Source of the DNA: Eledone cirrhosa
Taxonomy: Eukaryota
Length of the DNA stretch: 64,000 bases
NCBI GenBank assembly: GCA_964016885.1
Contig: OZ024743.1
Location: 136,586,001-136,650,000, forward strand
Direction of reading: 5' to 3'
The position numbers and the translations under genes are program-made. Below the pieces are notes generated by a model. It made no database searches. It saw only the letters and a list, made by a program, of their open reading frames with translations, and had not been told where the DNA came from. This document shows positions 25,511-38,500 of this stretch, piece after piece; position 1 is the first letter of the stretch; each line of letters begins with the position of its first letter.

Positions 25511-28500
25511 GTGTCTGGTGTTTGGTGCTTGGTGTTTGGTGCTTGGTGCTTGGTGCTTGGTGCTTGGTGTTTGGTGTTTGGTGCTTGGTGCTTGGTGTTT
25601 GGTGTTTGGTGCTGGGTGCATGGAGTTTGGTGCTTGGTGCTTAGTGCTTGGTGTTTGGTGTTTGGTGCTTGGTATTTGGTGTTTGGTGTTTGATGCTTGG
25701 TGTGTGGTGCTTGGTGATTGGTGTTTTGTGTTTGGTGCTTGGTGCTTGGTGCCTGGTGCTTGGTGCTTGGAGCTTGGTATTTGGTGCTTGGTGCTTGGTG
25801 TTTGGTGTTTGGTGCTTGGGGTTTGGTGTTTGGTGCTTGGTGCTTGGTGTTTGGTGCTTGGTGCTTGGTGTTTGGTGCTTGGTGCTTTGTGTTTGGTGCT
25901 TGGTGTTTGGTGCTTGGTGCTTGGTGCTTGGTGCTTGGTGTTAGGTGTTTGGTGCTTGGTGATTGGTGTTTGATGTTAGGTTCTTGGTGCTTGGTGTTTG
26001 GTGTTTGGTGCTTGGTACTTGGTGTTTGGTGTTTGGTGGTTGCTGCTTGGTGCTTGGTGTTTTGTGTTTGGAGTTTGGTGCTTGGTGTTTGGTGCTTCGG
26101 TCTTGGTGTTTGGTGTTTGGTGATTGCTGCTTGTTGCTTGGTGTTTGGTGCTTGGTGCTTGGTGATTAGTGTTTGGTGATTGGTGCTTGGGGTTTGCTGT
26201 TTGGTGCTTTGTGTTTGGTGCTTGGTGCTTGCTGTTTGGTGTTTGGTGTTTGGTTCTTGGTGCTTGGTGTTTGGTGTTTGGTGTCTGGTGCTTGGTGCTT
26301 GGTGCTTGGTGTTTGGTGCTTGGTGCTTGGTGCTTGGTGCTTGGTGTTTGGTGCTTGGTGTTTGATGCTGCGTGCTTGGTGTTTGGTGTTTGGTGCTTGG
26401 TGCTTGGTGTTTGGTGTTTGGAGCTTGGTTCCTGCTGCTTGTTGTTTGGTGTTTGGTGCTTGGTGCTTGGTGTTTGGTGTTTGGTGCTTGGTGCTTGGTG
26501 CTTGGTATCTGGTGTTTGGTGCTTGGTGTTTGGTGTTTGGTGCTTGGTGCTTGGTGTTTGGTGCTTGGTGTTTGGTGTTTGGTGTTTGATGCTTGGTGTT
26601 TGCTGCTTGGTGCTTGGTGCTTGGTGTTTGGTGTTTGGTGCTTGGTGCCTGGTGCCTGGTGCTTGGTGCTTGGTGCTTGTTGTTTGGTGCTTGGTGCTTG
26701 GTGATTAGTGTTTGGTGCTTGGTGCTTGCGGTTTGATGTTTGGTGCTTGGGGTTTGGTGTTTGGTGCTTGGTGCTTGGTGTTTGGTGCTTGGTGCTTGGT
26801 GCTTGGTGTTTGGTGCTTGGTGCTTGGTGTTAGGTGTTTGGTGCTTGGTGCTTGGTGTTTGATGTTTGGTCCTTGGTGCTTGGTGTTTGGTGTTTGGTGC
26901 TTGGTGCTTGGTGTTTGGTGTTTGGTGCTTGCTGCTTGCTGCTTGGTGTTTGGTGCTTGGTGATTGGTGCTTGGTGTTTTGTGCTTGGTGCTTGGTGCTT
27001 GGTATCTGGTGTTTGGTGCTTGGTGTTTGGTGTTTGGTGCTTGGTGCTTGGTGTTTGGTGCTTGGTGTTTGGTGCTTGGTGTTTGATGCTTGGTGTTTGC
27101 TGCTTGGTGCTTGGTGCTTGGTGTTTTGTGTTTGGTGCTTGGTGCTTGGTGCTTGGTATCTGGTGTTTGGTGCTTGGTGTTTGGTGTTTGGTGCTTGGTG
27201 CTTGGTGTTTGGTGCTTGGTGTTTGGTGTTTGGTGTTTGATGCTTGGTGTTTGCTGCTTGGTGCTTGGTGCTTGGTGTTTTGTGTTTGGTGCTTGGTGCC
27301 TGGTGCCTGGCGCTTGGTGCTTGGTGCTTGTTGTTTGGTGCTTGGTGCTTGGTGATTAGTGTTTGGTGCTTGGTGCTTGCGGTTTGATGTTTGGTGCTTG
27401 GGGTTTGGTGTTTGGTGCTTGGTGCTTGGTGTTTGGTGCTTGGTGCTTGGTGCTTGGTGTTTGGTGCTTGGTGCTTGGTGTTAGGTGTTTGGTGCTTGGT
27501 GCTTGGTGTTTGGTGTTTGGTGCTTGCTGCTTGCTGCTTGGTGTTTGGTGCTTGGTGATTGGTGCTTGGTGTTTTGTGCTTGGTGCTTGGTGTTTGGTGT
27601 TTGGTGCTAGGGGCTTGGTGCTTGGTGCTTGGTATTTGGTGCCTGGTGCTTGCTGTTTGGTTTTTGGTGCTTGGTGCGTGGGACATAGTGTTTGGTGTTT
27701 GGTGCTTGGTGTTTGGTGATTGGTGTTTGGTGCTTGGTGTTTGGGGCTTGGTGTTCGGTGCTTGGTGCTTGGTGCTTGGGGCTTGGTGTTTGGTGTTTGG
27801 TGCTTGGTGCTTGGTGTTTGATCTTGGGTCCTTGGTGCTTGGTCTTTGGTGTTTGGTGCTTGGTGCTTGGTGTTTGGTGCTTGGTGCTTGGTGTTTGGTG
27901 TTTGGTGCTTGGTGCTTGGGGCTTGGTGTTTGGTGCTTGGTGCTTGGTGTTTGGTGCTTGGTGCTTGGGGCTTGGTAGTTGGTGCTTGGTGCTTGGTACC
28001 TGGTGTTTGGTGTTTGGAGTTTGGTGCTTGGTGTTTGGTGCTTGGTGCTTGGTGCTGGGTGGTTGGTGTTTGGTGCTTGGTGCTTGGTGTTTGGTGCTTG
28101 GTGCTTGGTGCTTGTTGTTTGGTGCTTGGTGCTTGGTGCTTGGTCTTTGGTGCATGGTGTTTGGTGTTTGGCGCTTGGTGCTTGGTGCTTGGTGTTTGGT
28201 GCTTGGTGCTTGGTGCTTGGTGTTTGGTGCTTGGTTCTTGGTGATTAGTGTTTGTTGCTTGGTGCTTGGGGTTTGGTGGTTTGTCCTTGGTGCTTGGTGT
28301 TTGGTGTTTGGTGTTTGGTGTTTGGTGTTTGCTGTTTGGTGTCTGCTATTTGGTGTTTGGTGTTTGCTGTATGGTGTTTGCTGTTTCGTATTTGGTTTTT
28401 GCTGTTTGGTGTTTGGTGTTTGGTGTTTGGTGCTTGGTGCCTGGTGCTTGTTGTATGGTGTTTGGTGCTTGGTGCTTGGTGTTTGGTGTTTGCTGCTTGG

Positions 28501-29578
28501 TGTCTGGTGTTTGGTGCTTGGTGTTTGGTGTTTGGTGCTTGGTGCTTGGTGCTTGGTGTTTGGTGTTTGGTGCTTGGTGCTTGGTGTTTGGTGTTTGGTG
28601 CTGGGTGCATGGAGTTTGGTGCTTTGTGCTTAGTGCTTGGTGTTTGGTGTTTGGTGCTTGGTATTTGGTGTTTGGTGTTTGATGCTTGGTGTGTGGTGCT
28701 TGGTGCTTGGTGTTTTGTGTTTGGTGCTTGGTGCTTGGTGCCTGGTGCTTGGTGCTTGGTGCTTGTTGTTTGGTGCTTGGTGCTTGGTGATTAGTGTTTG
28801 GTGCTTGGTCCTTGGGGTTTGCTGTTTGGTGCGTGGAGCTTGGTATTTGGTGCTTGGTGCTTGGTGTTTGGTGTTTGGTGCTTGGGGTTTGGTGTTTGGT
28901 GCTTGGTGCTTGGTGTTTGGTGCTTGGTGCTTGGTGTTTGGTGCTTGGTGCTTTGTGTTTGGTGCTTGGTGTTTGGTGCTTGGTGCTTGGTGCTTGGTGC
29001 TTGGTTTTAGGTGTTTGGTGCTTGGTGATTGGTGTTTGATGTTACGTTCTTGGTGCTTGGTGTTTGGTGTTTGGTGCTTGGTACTTGGTGTTTGGTGTTT
29101 GGTGGTTGCTGCTTGGTGCTTGGTGTTTGGTGCTTGGTGCTTGGTGATTAGTGTTTGGTGATTGGTGCTTGGGGTTTGCTGTTTGGTGCTTGGTGTTTGG
29201 TGCTTGGTGCTTGCTGTTTGGTGTTTGGTGTTTGGTTCTTGGTGCTTGGTGTTTGGTGTTTGGTGTCTGGTGCTTGGTGCTTGGTGCTTGGTGTTTGGTG
29301 CTTGGTGCTTGGTGCTTGGTGTTTGGTGCTGCGTGCTTGGTGTTTGGTGTTTGGTGCTTGGTGCCTGGTGCTTGTTGTTTGGTGTTTGGTGCTTAGTGCT
29401 TGGTGTTTGGTGTTTGGTGCTTGGTGCTTGGTGGCTGGTGCTTGGTGCTTGGTGTTTGGAGTTTGGTGCTTGGTGCTTGGTGCCTGGTGTTTCGTGCTTG
29501 GTGCTTGGTGCTTGGTGTTTGGTGTTTGGTGCTTGGTGTTTGGTGTTTGGTACTTGGTGCTTGGTGCTTGGTGCTTGG

Positions 29579-32500
29579 TGTTTGGTGCTTGGTGTTTGAT
29601 GCTGCGTGCTTGGTGTTTGGTGTTTGGTGCTTGGTGCTTGGTGTTTGGTGTTTGGAGCTTGGTTCCTGCTGCTTGTTGTTTGGTGTTTGGTGCTTGGTGC
29701 TTGGTGTTTGGTGTTTGGTGCTTGGTGTTTGGTGCTTGGTATCTGGTGTTTGGTGCTTGATGTTTGGTGTTTGGTGCTTGGTGCTTGGTGCTTGGTGTTT
29801 GGTGTTTGGTGCTTGGTGCTTGGTGTTTGGTGCTTGGTGTTTGGTGTTTGGTGTTTGATGCTTGGTGTTTGCTGCTTGGTGCTTGGTGCTTGGTGTTTTG
29901 TGTTTGGTGCTTGGTGCCTGGTGCCTGGTGCTTGGTGCTTGGTGCTTGTTGTTTGGTGCTTGGTGCTTGGTGATTAGTGTTTGGTGCTTGGTGCTTGCGG
30001 TTTGATGCTTGGTGCCTGGGGTTTGGTGTTTGGTGCTTGGTGCTTGGTGTTTGGTGCTTGGTGCTTGGGGTTTGGTGTTTGGTGCTTGGTGCTTGGTGTT
30101 TGGTGCTTGGTGCTTGGTGTTTGGTGCTTGGTGTTTGGTGCTTGGTGCTTGGTGCTTGGTGCTTGGTGTTAGGTGTTTGGTGCTTGGTGCTTCGTGTTTG
30201 ATGTTTGGTCCTTGGTGCTTGGTGTTTGGTGTTTGGTGCTTGGTGCTTGGTGTTTGGTGTTTGGTGCTTGCTGCTTGCTGCTTGGTGTTTGGTGCTTGGT
30301 GATTGGTGCTTGGTGTTTTGTGCTTGGTGCTTGGTGTTTGGTGTTTGGTGCTAGGGGCTTGGTGCTTGGTGCTTGGTGTTTGGTGCTTGGTGCTTGCTGT
30401 TTGGTGTTTGGTGCTTGGTGCTTGGTGCTTGGTGTTTGATCTTGGGTCCTTGGTGCTTGGTGTTTGGTGTTTGGTGCTTGGTGCTTGGTGTTTGGTGCTT
30501 GGTGCTTGGTGTTTGGTGTTTGGTGGTTGGTGCTTGGGGCTTGGTGTTTGGTGCTTGGTGCTTGGTGTTTGGTGCTTGGTGCTTGGGGCTTGGTAGTTGG
30601 TGCTTGGTGCTTGGTGCCTGGTGTTTGGTGTTTGGTGTTTGGTGCTTGGTGTTTGGTGCTTGGTGCTTGGTGCTGGGTGGTTGGTGTTTGGTGCTTGGTG
30701 CTTGGTGTTTGGTGCTTGGTGCTTGGTGCTTGTTGTTTGGTGCTTGGTGCTTGGTGCTTGGTCTTTGGTGCATGGTGTTTGGTGTTTGGCGTTTGGTGCT
30801 TGGTGCTTGGTGTTTGGTGCTTGGTGCTTGGTGCTTGGTGTTTGGTGCTTGGTTCTTGGTGATTAGTGTTTGTTGCTTGGTGCTTGGGGTTTGGTGGTTG
30901 GTCCTTGGTGCTTGGTGTTTGGTGTTTGGTGTTTGGTGTTTGGTGTTTGCTGTTTGGTGTCTGCTTTTTGGTGTTTGGTGTTTGCTGTATGGTGTTTGCT
31001 GTTTCGTATTTGGTTTTTGCTGTTTGGTGTTTGGTGTTTGCTGTTTTGTGTTTGGTGTTTGGTGCTTGGTGCTTGGTGCTTGGTGTTTGGCGTTTGGTGC
31101 TTGGAGCTTGGTGTTTGGTGCTTGGTGATTGGTGTTTGGTGTTTGGTGCTTGGTGCCTGGTGCTTGTTGTATGGTGTTTGGTGCTTGGTGCTTGGTGTTT
31201 GGTGTTTGCTGCTTGGTGTCTGGTGTTTGGTGCTTGGTGTTTGGTGTTTGGTGCTTGGTGCTTGGTGCTTGGTGTTTGGTGTTTGGTGCTTGGTGTTTGG
31301 TGTTTGGTGCTGGGTGCATGGAGTTTGGTGCTTGGTGCTTAGTGCTTGGTGTTTGGTGTTTGGTGCTTGGTATTTGGTGTTTGGTGTTTGATGCTTGGTG
31401 TGTGGTGCTTGGTGCTTGGTGTTTTGTGTTTGGTGCTTGGTGCTTGGTGCCTGGTGCTTGGTGCTTGGTGCTTGTTGTTTGGTGCTTGGTGCTTGGTGAT
31501 TAGTGTTTGGTGCTTGGTCCTTGGGGTTTGCTGTTTGGTGCGTGGTGCTTGGTATTTGGTGCTTGGTGCTTGGTGTTTGGTGTTTGGTGCTTGGAGTTTG
31601 GTGTTTGGTGCTTGGTGCTTGGTGCTTGGTGTTTGGTGCTTGGTGCTTGGTGTTTGGTGCTTGGTGCTTCGTGTTTGGTGCTTGGTGTTTGGTGCTTGGT
31701 GCTTGGTGCTTGGTGCTTGGTGTTAGGTGTTTGGTGCTTGGTGATTGGTGTTTGATGTTAGGTTCTTGGTGCTTGGTGTTTGGTGTTTGGTGCTTGGTGC
31801 TTGGTGTTTGGTGTTTGGTGCTTGGTGTTTTGTGTTTGGAGTTTGGTGCTTGGTGTTTGGTGCTTCGGTCTTGGTGTTTGGTGTTTGGTGCTTGGTGCTT
31901 GGTGTTTGGTGTTTGGTGCCTGGTGCTTGGTGTTTGGTGGTTGATGTTTGGTGTTTGGTGATTGGTGCTTGGTGTTTGGTGCTTGGTGCTTGGTGCTTGG
32001 TGCTTGGTGTTAGGCGTTTGGTGCTTGGTGCTTGGTGATTGATGTTTGGTCCTTGGTGCTTGGTGTTTGGTATTTGGTGCTTGGTGCTTGGTGCTTGGTG
32101 TTTGGTGTTTGGTGCTTGCTGCTGCTGCTTGGTGTTTGGAGCTAGGGGCTTGGTGCTTGGTGCTTGGTGTTTGGTGCTTGGTGCTTGGTGTTTGGTGTTT
32201 GGTGCTTGGTGCGTGGGACTTGGTGTTTGTTGCTTGGTGTTTGGTGTTTGGTGTTTGGTGCTTGGTGCCTGGTGCTTGGTGTTTGGTGTTTGGTGCTTGG
32301 TGTTTGGTGCTTGGGGTTTCGTGCTTGGTGTTCGGTGCTTGGTGCTTGGTGCTTGGTGCTTGGTGTTTGGTGTTTGGTGCTTGGTGCTTGGTGTTTGATG
32401 TTTGGTCCTTGGTGCTTGGTGTTTGGTGTTGTGTGCTTGGTGCTTGGTGCTTGGTGTTTGGTGCTTGGTGCTTGGTGCTTGGTGTTTGGCGTTTGCTGTT

Positions 32501-35500
32501 TGCTGTTTGGTGTTTGCTGTTTGCTGTTTGGTGTTTGCTGTTTGGTGTTTGGTGTTTGGTGCTTGCTGTTTGGTGCTTGGTGCTTGGTGTTTGGTGTTTG
32601 GTGCTTGGTGTTTGGTGATTGGTGCTTGGTGCTGGGTGTTTGGTGCTTGGTGCTTGGTGTTTGGTGCTTGGTGCTTGGTGCTTGGTGTTTGGTCCTTGGT
32701 GCTTGGAGCTTGGTCTTTGGTGCTTGGGTTTTGGTGTTTGGTGCTTGGTGCTTGGTGTTTGGTGCTTGGTGCTTGGTGCTTGGTGCTTGGTGTTTGGTGC
32801 TTGCTGCTTGGTGCTTGGTGTTTGGTGCTTGGTGCTTGGTGATTAGTGTTTGGTGATTGGTGCTTGGGGTTTGGTTTTTGGGGCTTGGTGTTTGGTGCTT
32901 GGTGCTTGCTGTTTGGTGTTTGGTGTTTGGTTCTTGGTGCTTGGTGTTTGGTGTTTGGTGTTTGGTGCTTGGTGCTTGGTGCTTGGTGTTTGGTGCTTGG
33001 TGCTTGGTGCTTGGTGTTTGGTGCTGCGTGCTTGGTGTTTGGTGTTTGGTGCTTGGTGCCTGGTGCTTGTTGTTTGGTGTTTGGTGCTTAGTGCTTGGTG
33101 TTTTGTGTTTGGTCCTTGGTGCTTGGTGGCTGGTGTTTGGTGCTTGGTGTTTGGAGTTTGGTGCTTGGTGCTTGGTGCCTGGTGTTTCGTGCTTGGTGCT
33201 TGGTGCTTGGTGTTTGGTGTTTGGTGCTTGGTGTTTGGTGTTTGGTGCTTGGTACTTGGTGCTTGGTGCTTGGTGCATGGTGCTTGGTGTTTGGTGCTTG
33301 GTGTTTGATGCTGCGTGCTTGGTGTTTGGTGTTTGGTGCTTGGTGCTTGGTGTTTGGTGTTTGGAGCTTGGTGCCTGGTGCTTGTTGTTTGGTGTTTGGC
33401 GCTTGGTGCTTGGTGTTTGGTGTTTGGTGCTTGATGTTTGGTGTTTGGTGCTTGGTGCTTGGTGCTTGGTATCCGGTGTTTGGTGCTTGATGTTTGGTGT
33501 TTGGTGCTTGGTGTTTGGTGTTTGGTGCTTGGTGCTTGGTGTTTGGTGCTTGGTGTTTGGTGTTTGGTGTTTGATGCTTGGTGTTTGCTGCTTGGTGCTG
33601 GGTGCTTTGTGTTTTGTGTTTGGTGCTTGGTGCTTGGTGCCTGGTGCTTGGTGCTTGGTGCTTGTTGTCAGGTGCTTGGTGCTTGGTGATTAGTGTTTGG
33701 TGCTTGGTGCTTGCGGTATGGTGTTAGGTGCTTGGGGTTTGGTGTTTGGTGCTTGGTGCTTGGTGTTTGGTGCTTGGTGCTTGGTGCTTGGTGTTTGGTG
33801 CTTGGTGCTTGGTGTTTGGTGTTTGGTGCTTGGTGTTTGGTGTTTGGCGTTTGCTGTTTGGTGTTTGCTGTTTGGTGTTTGCTGTTTGGTGTTCGCTGTT
33901 TGGTGTTTGGTGTTTGGTGCTTGCTGTTTGGTGCTTGGTGCTTGGTGTTTGGTGTTTGGTGCTTGGTGCTTGGTGCTGGGTGTTTGGTGCTTGGTGCTTG
34001 GTGTTTGGTGCTTGGTGCTTGGTGCTTGGTGTTTGGTCCTTGGTGCTTGGTGCTTGGTCTTTGGTGCTTGGGTTTTGGTGTTTGGTGCTTGGTGCTTGGT
34101 GTTTGGTGCTTGGTTCTTGGTGCTTGGTGCTTGGTGTTTGGTGATTGCTGCTTGGTGCTTGGTGTTTGGTGCTTGGTGCTTGGTGATTAGTGTTTGGTGA
34201 TTGGTGCTTGGGGTTTGCTGTTTGGTGCTTGGTGTTTGGTGCTTGGTGCTTGCTGTTTGGTGTTTGGTGTTTGGTTCCTGGTGCTTGGTTTTTGGTGTTT
34301 GGTGTTTGGTGCTTGGTGCTTGGTACTTGGTGTTTGGTGCTTGGTGCTTGGTGCTTGCTCTTTGGTGCTGCGTGCTTGGTGTTTGGTGTTTGGTGCTTGG
34401 TGCCTGGTGCTTGTTGTTTGGTGTTTGGTGCTTAGTGCTTGGTGTTTGGAGTTTGGTGCTGGGTGCTTGGTGCCTGGTGTTTCGTGCTTGGTGCTTGGTG
34501 CTTGGTGTTTGGTGTTTGGTGCTTGGTGTTTGGTGTTTGGTACTTGGTGTTTGATGCTGCGTGCTTGGTGTTTGGTGTTTGGTGCTTGGTGCTTGGTGTT
34601 TGGTGTTTGGAGCTTGGTGCCTGCTGCTTGTTGTTTGGTGTTTGGTGCTTGCTGCTTGGTGTTTGGTGTTTGGTGCTTGGTGCTTGGTGCTTGGTATCTG
34701 GTGTTTGGTGCTTGATGTTTGGTGTTTGGTGCTTGGTGCTTGGTGTTTGGTGTTTGGTGCTTGGTGCTTGGTGTTTGGTGCTTGGTGTTTGGTGTTTGGT
34801 GTTTGATGCTTGGTGTTTGCTGCTTGGTGCTTAGTGCTTGGTGTTTTGTGTTTGGTGCTTGGTGCTTGGTGCCTGGTGCTTGGTGCTTGGTGCTTGATGT
34901 TTGGTGCTTGGTGCTTGGTGATTAGTGTTTGGTGCTTGGTGCTTGGTGTTTGGTGCTTGGTGCTTGGGGCTTGGTATTTGGTGCTTGGTGCTTGGTGCCT
35001 GGTGTTTGGTGTTTGGTGTTTGGTGCTTGGTCTTTGGTGCTTGGTGCTTGGTGCTGGGTGGTTGGTGTTTGGTGCTTGGTGCTTGGTGTTTGGTGCTTGG
35101 TGCTTGGTGCTTGTTGTTTGGTGCTTGGTGCTTGGTGCTTGGTCTTTGGTGCATGGTGTTTGGTGTTTGGTGCTTTGTGCTTGGTGCTTGGTGTTTGGTG
35201 CTTGGTGCTTGGTGCTTGGTGTTTGGTGCTTGGTGCTTGGTGATTAGTGTTTGTTGCTTGGTGCTTGGGGTTTGGTGGTTGGTGCTTGGTGCTTGGTGTT
35301 TGGTGTTTTGTGTTTGGTGTTTGCTGTTTGCTGTTTGGTGTCTGCTTTTTGGTGTTTGGTGTTTGCTGTATGGTGTTTGCTGTTTCGTATTTGGTTTTTG
35401 CTGTTTGGTGTTTGGTGTTTGCTGTTTGGTGTTTGGTGTTTGGTGTTTGGTGCTTGGTGCTTGGTGCTTGGTGTTTGGTGCTTGGTGCTTGGTGTTTGGT

Positions 35501-38500
35501 GTTTGGTGCCTGGTGCTTGTTGTATGGTGTTTGGTGCTTGGTGCTTGGTGTTTGCTGTTTGCTGCTTGGTGTCTGGTGTTTGGTGCTTGGTGTTTGGTGT
35601 TTGGTGCTTGGTGATTAGTGTTTGGTGATTGGTGCTTGGGGTTTGGTGTTTGGGGCTTGGTGTTTGGTGCTTGGTGCTTGCTGTTTGGTGTTTGGTGTTT
35701 GGTGCTTGGTGTTTGGTGTTTGGTGTTTGGTGCTTGGTGCTTGGTGCTTGGTGTTTGGTGCTTGGTGCTTGGTGCTTGGTGTTTGGTGCTGCGTGCTTGG
35801 TGTTTCGTGTTTGGTGCTTGGTGCCTGGTGCTTATTGTTTGGTGTTTGGTGCTTAGTGCTTGGTGTTTGGTGTTTGGTCCTTGGTGCTTGGTGGCTGGTG
35901 TTTGGTGCTTGGTGTTTGGAGTTTGGTGCTTGGTGCTTGGTGCCTGGTGTTTCGTGCTTGGTGCTTGGTGTTTGGTGTTTGGTGCTTGGTACTTGGTGCT
36001 TGGTGCTTGGTGCTTGGTGTTTGGTGCTTGGTGTTTGATGCTGCGTGCTTGGTGTTTGGTGTTTGGTGCTTGGTGCTTGGTGTTTGGTGTTTGGTGCTTG
36101 ATGTTTGGTGTTTGGTGCTTGGTGCTTGGTGCTTGGTATCTGGTGTTTGGTGCTTGATGTTTGGTGTTTGGTGCTTGGTGTTTGGTGTTTGGTGCTTGGT
36201 GCTTGGTGTTTGGTGCTTGGTGTTTGGTGTTTGGTGTTTGATGCTTGGTGTTTGCTGCTTGGTGCTTGGTGCTTTGTGTTTTGTGTATGGTGCTTGGTGC
36301 TTGGTGCCTGGTGCTTGGTGCTTGGTGCTTGTTGTTTGGTGCTTGGTGCTTGGTGATTAGTGTTTGGTGCTTGGTGCTGGCGGTTTGGTGTTTGGTGCTT
36401 GGGGTTTGGTGTTTGGTGCTTGGTGCTTGGTGTTTGGTGCTTGGTGCTTGGTGCTTGGTGTTTGGTGCTTGGTGCTTGGTGGTTGGTGCTTGGTGCTTGG
36501 TGTTTGGTGTTTGGCGTTTGCTGTTTGCTGTTTGGTGTTTGGTGTTTGCTGTTTGGTGTTTGCTGTTTGGTGTTTGGTGTTTGGTGCTTGCTGTTTGGTG
36601 CTTGGTGCTTGGTGTTTGGTGTTTGCTGTTTGGTGTTTGGTGCTTGCTGTTTGGTGCTTGGTGTTTGGTGCTTGGTGCTTGGTGTTTTGTGTTTGGTGTT
36701 TGGTGCTTGGTGCTTGGGGCTTGATTTGGTGCTTGGTGCTTGGTGCTTGGTGTTTGGTGTTTGGTGCTTGGTGTTTGGTGCTTGGTGCTTGGTGCTGGGT
36801 GTTTGGTGCTTGGTGTTTGGTGCATGGTGCTTGGTGCTTGTTGTTTGTCGCTTGTTGCTTGGTGCTTGGTGTTTGGTGCTTGGTGCTTGGTGTTTGGTGT
36901 TTGGTGCTTGGTGCTTGGTGTTTGGTGTTTGGTGCTTGGTGTTTGGTGTTTGGTGCTTGGTGCTTGGTGTTTGCTGCTTGGTACTTGGTGCATGGTCTTT
37001 GGTGCTGGGTGCTTGGTGTTTGGTGCTTGGTGTTTGGTGCTTGGTGCTTGGTGTTTGGTGTTTGGTGTTTGATGCTTGGTGTTTTATGCTTGGTGCTTGG
37101 TGTTTGGTGCTTGGTGTTTGTACTTGGTGCTTGGTGCTTGGTGTTTTGTGCTTGGTTCTTGGTGTTTGGTGTCTGGTGCTTGGTACTTGGTGCTCGGTGT
37201 TAGGTGTTTGGTGCTTGGTACTTGGTGTTTGGTGTTTGGTCCTTGGTGCTTGGTGCTTGGTGTTTAGTGCTTGGTGCTTGGTGTTTGTTGTTTGGTGCTT
37301 TCTGCTTGCTGCTTGGTGTTTGCTGCTTGGTGCTTGGTGCTTGGTGTTTGGTGTTTGGTGCTAGGTGCTTGGTGTTTGGTGTTTGGTGTTTGATGATTGG
37401 TGTTTGGTGCTTGGTGTTTGGTGCTTGGTGCTTGGGGCTTGGTGTTTGGTGCTTGGTGCTTGGTGTTTGGTTTTTGGTGCTTGGTGCTTGGTGCTTGTTG
37501 CTTGGTCCTTGGTGTTTGGTGCTTGGTGCTTGGTGTTTGTACTTGGTGCTTGGTGCTTGGTGTTTGGTTCTTGGTTCTTGGTGTTTGGTAATTGGTGCTT
37601 GGTGCTTGGTGCTTGGTGTTTGTTGTTTGGTGCTTGGTGTTTGGTGCTTGGTGCTTGGTGCTTGGTGTTAGGTGTTTGGTGCTTGGTGCTTGGTGTTTGG
37701 TGCTTGGTGTTTGGTGTTTGCTGTTTGGTGTTTGGTGTTTGGTGTTTGGTGTTTGCTGTTTGGTGTCTGCTTTTTGGTGTTTGGTGTTTGCTGTATGGTG
37801 TTTGCTGTTTCGTGTTTGGTGTTTGCTGTTTGGTGTTTGGTGTTTGCTGTTTGGTGTTTGGTCTTTGGTGCTTGGTGTTTGGTGCTTGGTGCTTGGTGTT
37901 TGGTGTTTGGTGCTTGGTGCTTGGTGCTTCGTGTTTGGTGTTTGGTGCTTGGGGTCTGGAGCTTGGTGTTTGGTGTTTGGTGCTTGGTGTTTGGTGTTTG
38001 GTGCTTGGTGCTTGGTGTTTGGTGCTTGGTGCTTGGTGTTTGTACTTGGTGCTTGGTGCTTGGTGTTTGGTGCTTGGTTCTTGGTGTTTGGTGCTTGGTG
38101 TTTGGTGCTTGGTGCTTGGTGTTTGGTGCTTGGTGCTTGGTGTTTGGTGTTTGGTGCTTGGTGCTTGGTGCTTGGTGTTTGATGTTTGGTGCTTGGTGCT
38201 TGGTGTTTGGTGTTTGGTTCTTGGTGCTTGGTATTTGGTGCTTGGTGCTTGCTGCTTGGTGTTTGGTGCTTGGTGATTGATGCTTGGTGTTTGATGCTTG
38301 GTGCTTGGTGTTTGGTTTTTGGTGCTAGGTGCTTGGTGTTTGGTGTTTGGTGCTTGGTGTTTGGTGTTTGCTGCTTGGTGCTTGGGGCTTGGTGTTTGGT
38401 ACTTGGTGCTTGGTGCTTGGTGTTTGGTGCTTGGTGCTTGGTGTATGGTGTTTGGTGTTTGGTGCTTGGTGTTTGGTGTTTGGTGCTTGGTGCTTGGTGT

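Larger units (their letters stand above)
1..36700. repeat. Sub-family A domain of the satellite (first block)
   Basis: Carries the markers GGTATCTGG, GATGCTGCGTG, GATCTTGGGTCC, GGTAGTTGG, GGGTGCATGGAG, GGGACATAG/GGGACTTGG and TTTCGTATTTGG. Lacks TGTTTGTACTT. The boundary is approximate (36.4-36.7 kb). Confidence 0.8.
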
